NCBI GenBank assembly: GCA_044222475.1
Contig: JBGANF010000022.1
Coordinates: 1-64,000 of the forward strand
Direction of reading: 5' to 3'
Length of the DNA stretch: 64,000 nucleotides
Origin: Polyangiaceae bacterium
GTDB lineage: Bacteria; Myxococcota_A; Polyangia; Polyangiales; Polyangiaceae
The position numbers and the translations under genes are program-made. The stretch's first letter is position 1. The number at the start of each line of letters is the position of its first letter. This document shows, in pieces, positions 23,739 through 33,790 of the stretch. The notes under the pieces are model-generated. The model saw only the letters and a list, made by a program, of their open reading frames with translations, ran no database searches and was not told where the DNA came from.

Positions 23739-24596
23739 TTGTCCCCTCTGATCGCCGATCTGCTGCTCTACTCGACCGTCGCGAGCTATTTCGCGGCCAC
23801 GGTGCTGTTTCTGTTGCACCTCTCGGGGCGAAAGAGCTTCCAGACCGCCGCGCCCAAGGCGGTCGCGCTCGTGGGTGCCGGCGCGGCGCTCCACGTCGCC
23901 CACATCATCGTCGCGTCGATGGTGCTCCGCGTGTGCCCGGTCAAGGGGATCCACTTCACGATGAGCGTCGTCTCCGCGCTCGCGTGCATCGTCTTCCTCG
24001 CCGTGCGCTTTCGCTACAAGGTCGACGTCGTCGGCGTCATCGTCGCGCCCGTCGCGCTCACGTTCCTCCTCGCGTCGGTCGTCGTCGGCCGCGGTGAAAG
24101 CGCCGACGCCGGGCCCATGAAGAGCGCGATCCTCCCGCTCCACGTGCTCGCGAACATGCTCGGCGAGGCGCTGTTCCTCCTCGCGTTCGCGGCTGCCGTC
24201 GCCTACCTCGTCCAAGAGCGGCGCTTGAAGCAGAAGCGCCTCACCGGATTGTTCCAACGCCTGCCCCCGCTCGACACGCTCGATCGCGCCGAGCACGGGT
24301 TCCTGCTCGCCGGCTTCCTCCCGCTCACCGTGGGCATCGTCACGGGCGCGCTCTGGGCGCGAAAGGTCGAGGCCGGCAACGTCGTCGACGTGTGGCGCGC
24401 CGCGTTCGGGTACGCGACGTGGGGTCTCTTCGCGAGCGTCCTCCTGATGCGCACGATCGGCGGTTGGCGCGGCCGCCGCGCCGCCTACGGCACCATCGCG
24501 GGCTTCGGGTTCGCCGTCGCCGTGCTCTTGATCTACCTCTTTCGCACGCAGAGCGATCTGGGCCCGGTCGCGCAGCTCGTGATGGAGCCGCGGTGA
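23739..24596 (+). CDS. ccsA: Cytochrome c assembly protein (CcsA/HemX-like)
   Basis: About 8 TMs; LHV, YLVQERRLK, LPPLDTLD, GWRGRRAA; directly before hemA. Confidence 0.8.
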   Translation: MSPLIADLLLYSTVASYFAATVLFLLHLSGRKSFQTAAPKAVALVGAGAALHVAHIIVASMVLRVCPVKGIHFTMSVVSALACIVFLAVRFRYKVDVVGVIVAPVALTFLLASVVVGRGESADAGPMKSAILPLHVLANMLGEALFLLAFAAAVAYLVQERRLKQKRLTGLFQRLPPLDTLDRAEHGFLLAGFLPLTVGIVTGALWARKVEAGNVVDVWRAAFGYATWGLFASVLLMRTIGGWRGRRAAYGTIAGFGFAVAVLLIYLFRTQSDLGPVAQLVMEPR

Positions 24597-25942
24597 GCGC
24601 GGGCATCGTCGTCGTCGGGCTCTCGCACCGCACGGCCCCGGTCGAGGTGCGCGAGCGCTTCGCGACCTCCACCGACGCGCTTCCGCAGGTGCTCGCTCGC
24701 CTCGCCGCGCGCCACGAGCTCGACGAGGTGATGTTTCTCTCCACCTGCAACCGCGTCGAGGTCTTCGCGCGCCCGCGCGCCGAGACCGACGAGGGTCGCG
24801 TCACCGCCATCCGCGCCATCCGCGAGGTCCTCAGCGGTCACGCCGAGGTGCCGGAGAACGATCTCGGTCGCGTCCTCTACGAGAAGGACGGCAACGACGC
24901 GCTCCGTCACATCTTCCGCGTCGCCGCGAGCCTCGACTCGATGGTCCTCGGCGAGCCGCAGATCCTCGGTCAGGTGAAGAGCGCCTACGACGCCGCGCTC
25001 GCCGCCGGATCGCTCAAGACGTATCTCGGCCGCGCCGTTCAGCGTGCGTTCAGCGCCGCGAAGCGCGTCCGCTCGGAGACGGCGCTCGGCGCAGGCACCG
25101 TCAGCATCTCGAGCGTCGCGGTCGACCTCGCGCGCAGCGTCTTCGGCGATCTGAAGAAGCACGGCGTCTTGTTGGTCGGCGCCGGCGAGATGGCCGAGGC
25201 CGCGGCCAAGAGCCTCGGCAAGGGCGCGCGCGGCGTGCGCGTGTGCAACCGAAGCCTCGAACGCGCCGAGGCGCTCGCTCAGGAGATCGAGGGCGTGGCG
25301 GCGCCGTTCAGCGCTCTCGAGCACGAGCTCGCGACGTCGGACGTCGTGGTCGCGAGCACGGCGAGCCGCACCTTCGTCATCACGCCCGACCTCGTTCGTC
25401 GAGCGATGAAGGCGCGGCGGGGGCGCACGCTCCTCATCGTCGACATCGCCGTTCCGCGCAACGTCGATCCCCAAGTCCACGAGATCGACAACGTCTTCGT
25501 CTATGACATCGACGACCTCGAGCAGCAGGTCGCGCTCGGCCTCGAGGCCCGCAAGGGCGAGGTCGACAAGGCCGAGGCCATCGTCGACGAGGAGCTCAAG
25601 GCGCTCCTCACGTGGTCGCAAGGACTCGACGTGCAACCGGTGATCGTCGCGCTGCGCGCTCGTACCAAATCGGTACTCGTCACGGAGCTCGAGCGGAGCT
25701 TGTCGGGGAAGCTGAAGCATCTCGGCGAGGGCGAGCGCGCGGCGCTCTTCCAGATGGTCGAGAGCGCGACGAACAAGCTGCTCCACGCCCCGATGACGCG
25801 GCTCCGCGAGGGCGCGAAGAGCGAAGGCGGCTCGCAGCTCGCGGGCGCCGCGCGAACCCTCTTCGATCTACCCGACGCGCCGCGCGAAGAAGAAGACGAC
25901 GAGCCCGCCGAGGGCGAGACCGACAAGCGAACGATCCAGTGA
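24593..25942 (+). CDS. hemA: Glutamyl-tRNA reductase
   Basis: GLSHRTAPVEVRE, STCNRVE, SLDSMVLGEPQILGQVK, GAGEM, DIAVPRNVD. Confidence 0.97.
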   Translation: MSAGIVVVGLSHRTAPVEVRERFATSTDALPQVLARLAARHELDEVMFLSTCNRVEVFARPRAETDEGRVTAIRAIREVLSGHAEVPENDLGRVLYEKDGNDALRHIFRVAASLDSMVLGEPQILGQVKSAYDAALAAGSLKTYLGRAVQRAFSAAKRVRSETALGAGTVSISSVAVDLARSVFGDLKKHGVLLVGAGEMAEAAAKSLGKGARGVRVCNRSLERAEALAQEIEGVAAPFSALEHELATSDVVVASTASRTFVITPDLVRRAMKARRGRTLLIVDIAVPRNVDPQVHEIDNVFVYDIDDLEQQVALGLEARKGEVDKAEAIVDEELKALLTWSQGLDVQPVIVALRARTKSVLVTELERSLSGKLKHLGEGERAALFQMVESATNKLLHAPMTRLREGAKSEGGSQLAGAARTLFDLPDAPREEEDDEPAEGETDKRTIQ

Positions 25943-25964
25943 CGGCTGCAGGGCGTCCTGCTGA

Positions 25965-26987
25965 TCAGAGGTAGCGGCCGCTGCGAAGCACCGGCACGCC
26001 TTCGACGTCGAGGTTGCCCGAGGAACCGTTCACGCAGAACGACTTCACCGTCGTCCACGACGCGCCGGTCACCTTCTGGTTCGTCCAACCGAAGACCAGC
26101 TGAACGCCGGGGATGCAAGCGTCGATCATCCCTTCGCCCATCGGCGCCGAGAGACCCGGGTTCGTTCCGACGACGATGTGCCCCACGTGATCGAGCTTCT
26201 CCTCGCTCGCGATGAGCTCGCGCACCTCGGCCTCGACCTTGGCGTCCGCGCACGTCACCTCTCGAACGACCCCGTTCTCGAGCGTGAACCGTATCGGCCT
26301 GCTCCGCAGGTCGGCGCTGCCGTCGAACGCGAGGTTGCTCGACGCGTTCGCGACGAACACGCCGTCTACGGCCTCGGGGAGAGCGTTGAGCTGGCCGCCG
26401 GGCAGGTTGAGCCACTTGCCCGGCCGAATGAGCTCCCCGCGCTCGATCCAGCGGGCGTCCGGCGACATGCGGATGTCGATCGCGGTACCCGCCGGCGTCG
26501 TGTAGCGCAGCTTCGTCTTCCCGGTGAGCTTCAGGTATGCGGCGCGCGTCATGTCGGCGACGCGCGACGACTCAGCGGCGAAACCCGCGATGAACCCCGC
26601 TCGCGTGATGCCGATGATGTGCGCGTGGCGAATGCCGAGGTGCTCCACCGCCTCGACGAAGGCGCGCCGAAGCGGTGGCGAATGCTCCGCCCCGACGAGC
26701 ACGACGCTGGCCTGCACGTGGGCGAGGGTGGGCTCGACGAACTCGGCGAGGCGGCCGTCGGGCGGGAGCGAGAGCTCCTCGAGGACGAGCAGCGTCGCCT
26801 TCGCGCCGATCGCCTCCGCCGCGGCGATCAGCGCGCCGCCCAGCGACCTGCGCGACTTGTCGGCGAGGACGACGACGCTCTCGCCTGCGACCACGCCGAG
26901 TGCGCCGCCGATGATGCGCGTCGCCGGTCCGACGAGCTCGAGCTGATCGGGCTTCAGCGTCTGGGAGAATCGGCGGTTCTCGGCCAC
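25965..26987 (-). CDS. Aminopeptidase T/M29-like protein (metal ligands appear altered)
   Basis: TPAGT, NLPGGQ, GTNP layout typical of M29-like proteins. Confidence 0.6.
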   Translation of the reverse strand: MAENRRFSQTLKPDQLELVGPATRIIGGALGVVAGESVVVLADKSRRSLGGALIAAAEAIGAKATLLVLEELSLPPDGRLAEFVEPTLAHVQASVVLVGAEHSPPLRRAFVEAVEHLGIRHAHIIGITRAGFIAGFAAESSRVADMTRAAYLKLTGKTKLRYTTPAGTAIDIRMSPDARWIERGELIRPGKWLNLPGGQLNALPEAVDGVFVANASSNLAFDGSADLRSRPIRFTLENGVVREVTCADAKVEAEVRELIASEEKLDHVGHIVVGTNPGLSAPMGEGMIDACIPGVQLVFGWTNQKVTGASWTTVKSFCVNGSSGNLDVEGVPVLRSGRYL

Positions 26988-27015
26988 GGCGCGAAGATAC
27001 CACGCACAGAGGGGG

Positions 27016-27528
27016 TCAGGTCGAGGGCGGCTCGCCGTCGTGTGTCAGGCGCGTGACGAGCTCGGCGTGGGCTGGAAACGCGGCGAGGAGGGCGGCGCGG
27101 TCCGGCATCTCGAAGTCGGCGAACTCGAACCCGGGCGAGACCGTGCAGCCGACGAGGGCATAGTCGTCCCCTTTTGGTACAGCGGCCTGCCACAGGCCGG
27201 CCTTCACGACGAACTGCGGCTTCTGGCCGGCGGCGAGGTCCTTCCCGATGACGTGAACGGCGTGCTCGCCGGCGTCGGTGAGCGTGTGGATCTCGACCGG
27301 GTCGCCCTCGAGGTGGTGCCACGCCTCGGCCTGGGCGACGCGGTGCAGCGCCGAGAACGTCTTCGACGGCAGCAGGAAATGGATCAGCGTGAACATCGGC
27401 CGCATCTGACCGTGGCGCGGATGCTTGACCCAATCGGGGTCGCGGTAGACCTCGGCGAAGAGCCCACCCTCGGGGTGGGGCTGCAGGCGAAGGGCGGCGA
27501 TGAGCTCGCGGACTCGGGGGCTGGGCAT
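27016..27528 (-). CDS. Cupin, DUF985/YML079-like
   Basis: LQPHPEGG, LHRV, EAWHH, PQFVV..G.WQAA, GCTVSPGFEFADF. Confidence 0.88.
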   Translation of the reverse strand: MPSPRVRELIAALRLQPHPEGGLFAEVYRDPDWVKHPRHGQMRPMFTLIHFLLPSKTFSALHRVAQAEAWHHLEGDPVEIHTLTDAGEHAVHVIGKDLAAGQKPQFVVKAGLWQAAVPKGDDYALVGCTVSPGFEFADFEMPDRAALLAAFPAHAELVTRLTHDGEPPST

Positions 27529-27531
27529 CCG

Positions 27532-30129
27532 CTACTTTGCCTTCACGAACACGAACTCGCCGTCCTTGACGTCGACTTTGACGATGCTCCCGGGTGCGTA
27601 GCCGCCGGCCAGGATCTCCTCCGCGAGAGGGTCCTGCACTTTCTTCAGGATCGAGCGCTTGAGCGGACGCGCACCGAACGCGGGCTCGTAGGAGAGCTCG
27701 ACGAGCTGGGTCTTGGCTTGCTCGGTCAAGTCGAGCTTGAGCTCGCGATCGGCGAGCAGCTTCTCGAGCCGCCGAAGTTGGATGTCGACGATCCCTCGAA
27801 GATCAGGCTTCGAGAGCGGCCGGAAGATGATGACGTCGTCGATGCGGTTCAAGAACTCGGGTCGCAGGAAGTTCTTGAGCTCCTCGCGCAGGACGTCGCG
27901 CAGCGCGTCTCGACCGTCGGCCGTCTCGAAGAGCTTCGGATCGGTGTCGAGGATGCGACCCGAGCCGATGTTCGACGTCATGATGACGACGGTGTTCGAG
28001 AAGTCCGCCGTTCGACCGCGGCCGTCGGTCAGTCGCCCGTCGTCGAGGACCTGCAGGAGCAGGTTGAACACGTCGGCGTGCGCCTTCTCCACCTCGTCGA
28101 ACAGGAGGACGCTGTAGGGGCGCCGCCGCACGGCCTCGGTGAGGAAGCCGCCTTCTTCGCTGTCGACGTAGCCCGGCGGCGCCCCGACGAGGCGCTGGGC
28201 CATGTGCTTCTCCATGAACTCGCTCATGTCGAGGCGGGTCATCGACTGTTCGTCGTCGAAGAGGAACTCGGCGAGGGCCTTCGCGAGCTCGGTCTTGCCG
28301 ACGCCGCTGGGGCCGAGGAACAAGAACGACCCGATGGGCTTGCCCGGATCGCGCAACCCGACGCGTCCGCGCCGCGTCGCTCGAGACACGGCGCGCACGG
28401 CCTCGTCCTGACCGACGACGCGCTTCGCGAGCCGCTCTTCCATCTTGAGGAGCTTGTCGGCCTCGCTCTCGAGCATCTTGGCCACCGGGACGCCGGTCCA
28501 GTCGCCGAGCACCTGCGCGACGTCGTCCTCGCCGACGATGTTCGACGCCACCGGGGTGCCTTGCTTCGCGACCGCGGCCTCCGCGGCCTCGAGCTTCTTC
28601 TTCACCTCGGGGATGGTCACGTGCTCGAGCTCACCGAGCCGCGCGAAGTTCTGCGCCTTGCGCGCCTCCTCGAGCTCCTTCAGCAATTTGTTGTATTCTG
28701 CACGGGCTGCGGAGTGGGCCTTCACGACCGAGGAGCGGGCCTCGATCTTGGTGCGCATCTCGGTCACCTCGGGCCGGAGCTTCTCGATCTCGGCGTCGAG
28801 CTTGCCGAGCGTCTTCTTGCTCATCGCGTCTTCGTCGTCCTTGAGCGACGCGCGCTGCGCTTCGAGCGAGGACAGCCGGCGGATTGCCACGTCGACCGCG
28901 GCCGGCACGCCGTCGATCTCGACGCGCTTCCGCGCTGCCGCCTCGTCCAGGAGATCGATCGCCGGATCGGGCAGCACGCGGTCTTGCACGTAGCGTTTCG
29001 CGAGCCGCACCGCCGCGGTGATCGCCGGGTCGCCGATCCGCACGTCGTGCTTCTCCTCGTAGCGCGAGGCGACCCCGCGAAGGATCTCGACGGCTTGATC
29101 CGGCGTCGGGGGATCGACGGTGAGGATCGTGAACTGCCGCAGGAGCGCCGGATCGCGCTCGGTCATCTTCCGAAGCCCGTCGGGGGTCGTCGTGGCGAGG
29201 AGGCGGATTTCGCCGCGTGTGAGGAGCGGCTTCAGGAGATCGGGCACGCTCGCGCCGGCGTTTCCTTGTCCGAACAGAGAGTCGATCCCGTTGATGTAGA
29301 GCAGCGTCTCTCGCGAGCCCGGGACGTTCTTCACCCCCGAAAGAGCTTGCTTGAGCCGCTCCTCGACCTCGCCCCGGAGCTTCGCGCCGGCGACCAGGCT
29401 CCCGACCTCGAGCTCCATGATCGCGAGCGTCGAGAGGTTCGCCGGCACTTCGCCGGCGGCGATGCGGCTCGCGAGCGAGAACACGATGCTCTTCTTCCCG
29501 ACGCCCGGCTCACCGACGAGCAGCGGGTGGTTCTTGTGCCTACGCTCGAGCACCTGCAGCAGCCGGCGGACCTCGGTCCCGCGACCGATCACGGGATCGC
29601 CGTCGCTCGTGCGCGCCCGCTCGACGAGGTCCTGCATGTTCTTGAGCGCGGGATCGGAAGACGCTCCGCTCGCGGTCGGCGCCTCGCGAGGCACGCTCTT
29701 GAGCGCGGCCATGTGAGGACGGAGCGATCCCGGTCCGAGCGCAAAGGCCTGGAGCACGACCGCCGCCGGCCCGCGGATCTCCTGCGCGAGCGCGTTGAGC
29801 AAGTGCTCGACCTGGACGTTGCCACCGCTCGACTCGCGCTCCGCGCGGCCGAGGAGATCGAGCATCGCGTTCGAGAGGTAGGCGAGACCGCCCGCAGACT
29901 TTCCCAGCCGCGAGAGCGCGCCTTCTGCCTCGTTGGCCACGTCGCGCGGATCGGCGCCGGCTTTCTTGAACACCTCGGCGACGCCGCGGTCACGGTCGAT
30001 CGATCGCGCGAGGAGGTGGATGGGCTCCACCTGCGCGTGCTTGCGTTCGTCGGCCAGGGCCTGAGCGCCAGCGACCAGGGCCTTCGCGTCGGGTGCGTAC
30101 TTGTCGAGCTGGATCGTCTGTTCGGGCAT
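27532..30129 (-). CDS. clpB: ClpB-like Hsp100 chaperone
   Basis: Clp N-domain, DPVIGR, long M-domain, NBD2 GPSGVGKTE, RLDMSEF, GAPPGYV, FDEVEKAH, GARPLKR. Confidence 0.88.
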   Translation of the reverse strand: MPEQTIQLDKYAPDAKALVAGAQALADERKHAQVEPIHLLARSIDRDRGVAEVFKKAGADPRDVANEAEGALSRLGKSAGGLAYLSNAMLDLLGRAERESSGGNVQVEHLLNALAQEIRGPAAVVLQAFALGPGSLRPHMAALKSVPREAPTASGASSDPALKNMQDLVERARTSDGDPVIGRGTEVRRLLQVLERRHKNHPLLVGEPGVGKKSIVFSLASRIAAGEVPANLSTLAIMELEVGSLVAGAKLRGEVEERLKQALSGVKNVPGSRETLLYINGIDSLFGQGNAGASVPDLLKPLLTRGEIRLLATTTPDGLRKMTERDPALLRQFTILTVDPPTPDQAVEILRGVASRYEEKHDVRIGDPAITAAVRLAKRYVQDRVLPDPAIDLLDEAAARKRVEIDGVPAAVDVAIRRLSSLEAQRASLKDDEDAMSKKTLGKLDAEIEKLRPEVTEMRTKIEARSSVVKAHSAARAEYNKLLKELEEARKAQNFARLGELEHVTIPEVKKKLEAAEAAVAKQGTPVASNIVGEDDVAQVLGDWTGVPVAKMLESEADKLLKMEERLAKRVVGQDEAVRAVSRATRRGRVGLRDPGKPIGSFLFLGPSGVGKTELAKALAEFLFDDEQSMTRLDMSEFMEKHMAQRLVGAPPGYVDSEEGGFLTEAVRRRPYSVLLFDEVEKAHADVFNLLLQVLDDGRLTDGRGRTADFSNTVVIMTSNIGSGRILDTDPKLFETADGRDALRDVLREELKNFLRPEFLNRIDDVIIFRPLSKPDLRGIVDIQLRRLEKLLADRELKLDLTEQAKTQLVELSYEPAFGARPLKRSILKKVQDPLAEEILAGGYAPGSIVKVDVKDGEFVFVKAK

Positions 30130-30191
30130 CGGGGAGGGGCCAGCGTACCCCCACTTGCAAAGCACCGGAAGGGATGCACCTTATTCCGAGC

Positions 30192-30467
30192 ATGGCCCCC
30201 GTCGTTCAGGTCTACACCACCGACTATTGCCCCTATTGCGACCGGGCGAAGGCGCTCCTCCAGAAGCGCGGCATCGAGTACGAGGAGATCGACGTGTCGG
30301 GCGACGATGCGAAGCGCCAGTGGCTCGTCAAGACGACCGGCCGCCGCACGGTGCCGCAGATCTTCATCCACGGCGAGCCGGTCGGCGGTAGCGACGAGCT
30401 GCACGAGCTCGACCGCAAGGGCGAGCTCGCGAAGAAGATCCAAGCGGGCCCACCCGCGCTGTTCTAG
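30192..30467 (+). CDS. grxC: Glutaredoxin 3
   Basis: CPYC, TVPQIFI, GGSDEL. Confidence 0.92.
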   Translation: MAPVVQVYTTDYCPYCDRAKALLQKRGIEYEEIDVSGDDAKRQWLVKTTGRRTVPQIFIHGEPVGGSDELHELDRKGELAKKIQAGPPALF

Positions 30468-30526
30468 GTTCCTGGTTTGCAGCGCGCTTGAGTGAGCTCG
30501 CGCCCGCCTGCTAACGTGCGCAGTCG

Positions 30527-31246
30527 ATGAGGTTTTCCACGGTCGCGCGGGGGCTCGCGGTCAGCCTGCTCGGCGCGATCGTCCTCGGCGCGTGCACGAA
30601 GCCCAAAGAGGGCGACGCGTGCAAGCCCGAGGGCAAGCAAGTCTGCACCGGGAAAGACTCGTCTCTCGTGTGCGTCGATGCGAAGTGGGTCGCCCTCCCG
30701 TGCCGCGGGGCCGCGGGGTGCTCCGGCACCGGCGACGCGGTCGAGTGCGCGAACAACGGCTACCTCTCCGGTGAGCCTTGCAGCATCGCCGAAGACGATC
30801 ACGAGTGCAGCGTCGATCACAAATCGCAGCTCAAGTGCGACGGGAAGAAGTGGAAGACCGTCGACAAGTGCCTCGGACCGAAGGCCTGCACGACCAGCGC
30901 GAGCGAGGTCCATTGCGACGACACGCTCACCGAGATCGGGAGCGACTGCTCCAACGAGGGCTCGTACTCCTGCAGCGTCGACGCGAAGGAGCTCCATCAG
31001 TGCAAGAGCGGGCGCGTCGTCCTCGACTCGTCCTGTCGCGGGGCCGACGGCTGCAAGCCCAAGGGGGACAAGATGCGCTGCGACACGACGATCGCCCAGC
31101 CCGGGGACAGCTGCGAAGACGATGAAGCCCAGGCTTGCAGCGTGGACATGAAGCAGCTCTTGGCCTGCAAGGGGAAGAAGATGACCCTCGGCGAGAAGTG
31201 CAAGAAGGCCTGCGTCGTCTCCGGCGAAACGGTAAGCTGCAACTGA
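30527..31246 (+). CDS. Lipoprotein with four tandem 6-Cys modules
   Basis: Lipobox LGAC; four roughly 50-aa repeats beginning GxxC. Confidence 0.8.
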   Translation: MRFSTVARGLAVSLLGAIVLGACTKPKEGDACKPEGKQVCTGKDSSLVCVDAKWVALPCRGAAGCSGTGDAVECANNGYLSGEPCSIAEDDHECSVDHKSQLKCDGKKWKTVDKCLGPKACTTSASEVHCDDTLTEIGSDCSNEGSYSCSVDAKELHQCKSGRVVLDSSCRGADGCKPKGDKMRCDTTIAQPGDSCEDDEAQACSVDMKQLLACKGKKMTLGEKCKKACVVSGETVSCN

Positions 31247-31251
31247 CTGAC

Positions 31252-32496
31252 ATGGCGGGATTGGGTGGGCGAAAGAAGCTCGCGTTCGTCCTCGCTGGCG
31301 GCGCAGCGCGCGGCGCGTACGAGGTCGGCGTCGTTCAATACGTCATCGAAGACGTGGCGCGCGCGCTGAAGCGCCCGATCGCGCCGGACATCCTCTGCGG
31401 CACCTCGGTCGGCGCGCTCAACGCGTGCGGCATCGCGGCCTTCGCCGACGAAGGTCCCAACTCGGTACGTCGCATGCTCGACGTCTGGAGCTCTCTCGAC
31501 GTCCGTGCCCTCGTCGGTCCCGACGTTCGCGGCATCCTCGCCATGGGCACGCGCTTGCTCGGACGCGCGGCGACCCCGACCGACGTGCCCTCGCGGGAAG
31601 GCGGACTGCTCGACCCGACCGGGCTCGAACGGCTCATCGACGCGCAGATCCCGTTCGGCCGCATCTCGGAGAACCTGCGCCGCGGCCACCTCGATGCGCT
31701 CGCCGTCTCGACTACTCACGTCTCGAGTGGTCGCACGATCGTGTTCGTCCAGCGCGCGGCTGGTGGCCTGCCGCCATGGAGCCTCGATCCCACGATCGAG
31801 CCCCGCGCGGCCACGATTCGCCTCGAGCACGCGCTCGCGTCGGCCGCGATCCCGATTCTGTTCCGCGCGGTGAAGATCGAAGGGGAGTTCCACTGCGACG
31901 GGGGCCTCCGTCAGAACGTGCCGCTCTCGCCGGCGCGGCGCCTCGGCGCAGACAGCGTGCTCGTCATCAACCCGCGTTACCTCTCCAGCGGTCCGCTCGC
32001 CGAGCCGACGCTCGCCGCAGACGACCTCTTCCCCGGTCCACTCTTCCTCCTCGGAAAGACCCTCAACGCGCTTCTCCTCGACCGCATCGACACCGACCTC
32101 TCGCGCGTGGAGGCGATCAACAAGATCCTCGCCGCCGGAGAGAGGGCGTACGGACCGGACTTCGTCGATCAGATCAACGGCGAGCTCGGATTCCCCGCTG
32201 GGTCGGGGCGGGGGCTCCGCCCCATGCAGACGCTCCTCGTGCGGGCCTCCGAGGACATCGGGAAGCACGCGGCCGAGTACGTGCGGTCGAGCGCGTTCTC
32301 CCATGTCGACGGGGTCACCGGCCGGCTGTTCCGGCGCCTCGCCGATCGGGATGCCCAGAGCGAGTCGGACCTACTCTCCTACGTGCTCTTCGATGGGCGC
32401 TTTGCGCGGAGGTTGATCGACCTCGGCCGGAGCGACGCGCGGCGTCGCCATGACGAGCTCGTGGCCTTCTTCGAGCGGCTGGAGCTCACCTCGTGA
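31252..32496 (+). CDS. Patatin-like phospholipase
   Basis: GGAARG, GTSVG, ASAAIP, DGG. Confidence 0.9.
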   Translation: MAGLGGRKKLAFVLAGGAARGAYEVGVVQYVIEDVARALKRPIAPDILCGTSVGALNACGIAAFADEGPNSVRRMLDVWSSLDVRALVGPDVRGILAMGTRLLGRAATPTDVPSREGGLLDPTGLERLIDAQIPFGRISENLRRGHLDALAVSTTHVSSGRTIVFVQRAAGGLPPWSLDPTIEPRAATIRLEHALASAAIPILFRAVKIEGEFHCDGGLRQNVPLSPARRLGADSVLVINPRYLSSGPLAEPTLAADDLFPGPLFLLGKTLNALLLDRIDTDLSRVEAINKILAAGERAYGPDFVDQINGELGFPAGSGRGLRPMQTLLVRASEDIGKHAAEYVRSSAFSHVDGVTGRLFRRLADRDAQSESDLLSYVLFDGRFARRLIDLGRSDARRRHDELVAFFERLELTS

Positions 32497-32567
32497 GCTT
32501 CGCCTCGTCACCTGATTGTCATGAAGACGACACGAACGCGAGACGTTGGGTAAGTAATGGCTTTCCC

Positions 32568-33770
32568 ATGACGAAAGCGTGGCTCTCCGGTGTCGCCGCC
32601 GCTGCCATCATGGTCTGCGGCTCCTGTTCTGCCCTCGCGGAGGAGGGGAAAGAGCACGCCCCCCCCATCAAGCTGAAGGGGAAGTTCGGCGAGGGCATGG
32701 GCATCGAGACCGGCGACGGAGCCTTCGGCTTCGGCGTCAAGGCCCGCATGCAGATCCGGTCGACCGTCGTCGTCCCGGAAAACGGGACGGACGCCTCCGC
32801 GGACGTCCAGATTCGGCGCATGCGCGTGACCTTCGAGGGCTTCGGGTGGAAGAAGCTCGTCACGTTCAAGGTCCAGATCGCGATGGCGAGCCTCGACCTC
32901 GATCCGGTCGCGCCCCTCGTCGTTCGAGACGCGTACGCCAACTTCGCCCTGCACCGCGACTTCGAGATCCGCGCGGGCCAGATGAAGATCCCGTTCGGGC
33001 GGCAGCGCGTCGTCTCGTCCGGCTCGCAACAGATGGTCGATCGCTCGGTGGTCACCGGCGAGCTCAACCTCGACCGCGACGTCGGCGTGCAGTTCCTGTC
33101 GAGCGACTTCCTCGGCCAGCACGGCCTGCTCGGGTACAACCTCGGCGTCTTCGGCGGCGACGGCCGCGGGCGCGTCTCGGGAGGTTACGGCCTCCTCTAT
33201 GCGGGCCGCCTCGAGCTCCGCGCGCTCGGTGGGAAGGAGGCCGTGGAGCTCGACGAGGTCGACTTCTCGCGGTCGAACAAGCCGCGGCTCGCCTTCGGCG
33301 TCTCCGGCGCGTTCAACCACCTGACCGATCGCCAACGCAGCACGATCGGGTCCGTCTACCCCACTGGAACCTGGGTGAGCTACGCCCACGCCGGCCTGGA
33401 CTGGATCTTCAAGTGGAGCGGCTTGACGATCACCGGCGAGTTCTTCCTCCGAAAGGCGCTCGAGGAGCAGAACACCGAGACCGTGGCCGGAAAGTCGGTC
33501 ACCGACTACTCGCGGTCGGGCTACGGCGCGTTCTTCCAGGCGGGCAAGCTCTTCGGCCCCCACTTCGAGGTCAGCGGCCGCGTCGGAGCCTTCTATCCGC
33601 TGAGCACGCTGGCGGCGGCCGGAAGCCCCCGCGAGAAGGAGGTCGGCGCCGGCGTCTCCTACTACTTCGACAAACACGCGCTGAAGATCCAGGCCGACTA
33701 CTTCTACCTCTTCGAGGAGTGGGGCGAGGGCCGGCACCAGGTCCGCCTCCAGCTGCAGGTCGCACCCTGA
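32568..33770 (+). CDS. OprO/OprP-like (phosphate-selective) porin
   Basis: IRRMR, DAY, GQMKIPFG, DRDVGV; signal peptide; terminal beta strand. Confidence 0.75.
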   Translation: MTKAWLSGVAAAAIMVCGSCSALAEEGKEHAPPIKLKGKFGEGMGIETGDGAFGFGVKARMQIRSTVVVPENGTDASADVQIRRMRVTFEGFGWKKLVTFKVQIAMASLDLDPVAPLVVRDAYANFALHRDFEIRAGQMKIPFGRQRVVSSGSQQMVDRSVVTGELNLDRDVGVQFLSSDFLGQHGLLGYNLGVFGGDGRGRVSGGYGLLYAGRLELRALGGKEAVELDEVDFSRSNKPRLAFGVSGAFNHLTDRQRSTIGSVYPTGTWVSYAHAGLDWIFKWSGLTITGEFFLRKALEEQNTETVAGKSVTDYSRSGYGAFFQAGKLFGPHFEVSGRVGAFYPLSTLAAAGSPREKEVGAGVSYYFDKHALKIQADYFYLFEEWGEGRHQVRLQLQVAP

Positions 33771-33790
33771 CGTGCTACCCCCTTGGGGGG

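Noticed and set aside
27040..30495. 1151-aa plus-strand ORF, and similar long ORFs such as 7398..9428, 9792..12002 and 24533..25786
   Set aside because: Antisense shadows of real genes (clpB-like, sigma54 regulator, hemA), caused by stop-codon scarcity in high-GC DNA.
31252..32496. Patatin as a CBASS effector
   Set aside because: No CD-NTase or Cap genes nearby; it looks like an ordinary patatin-family lipase.
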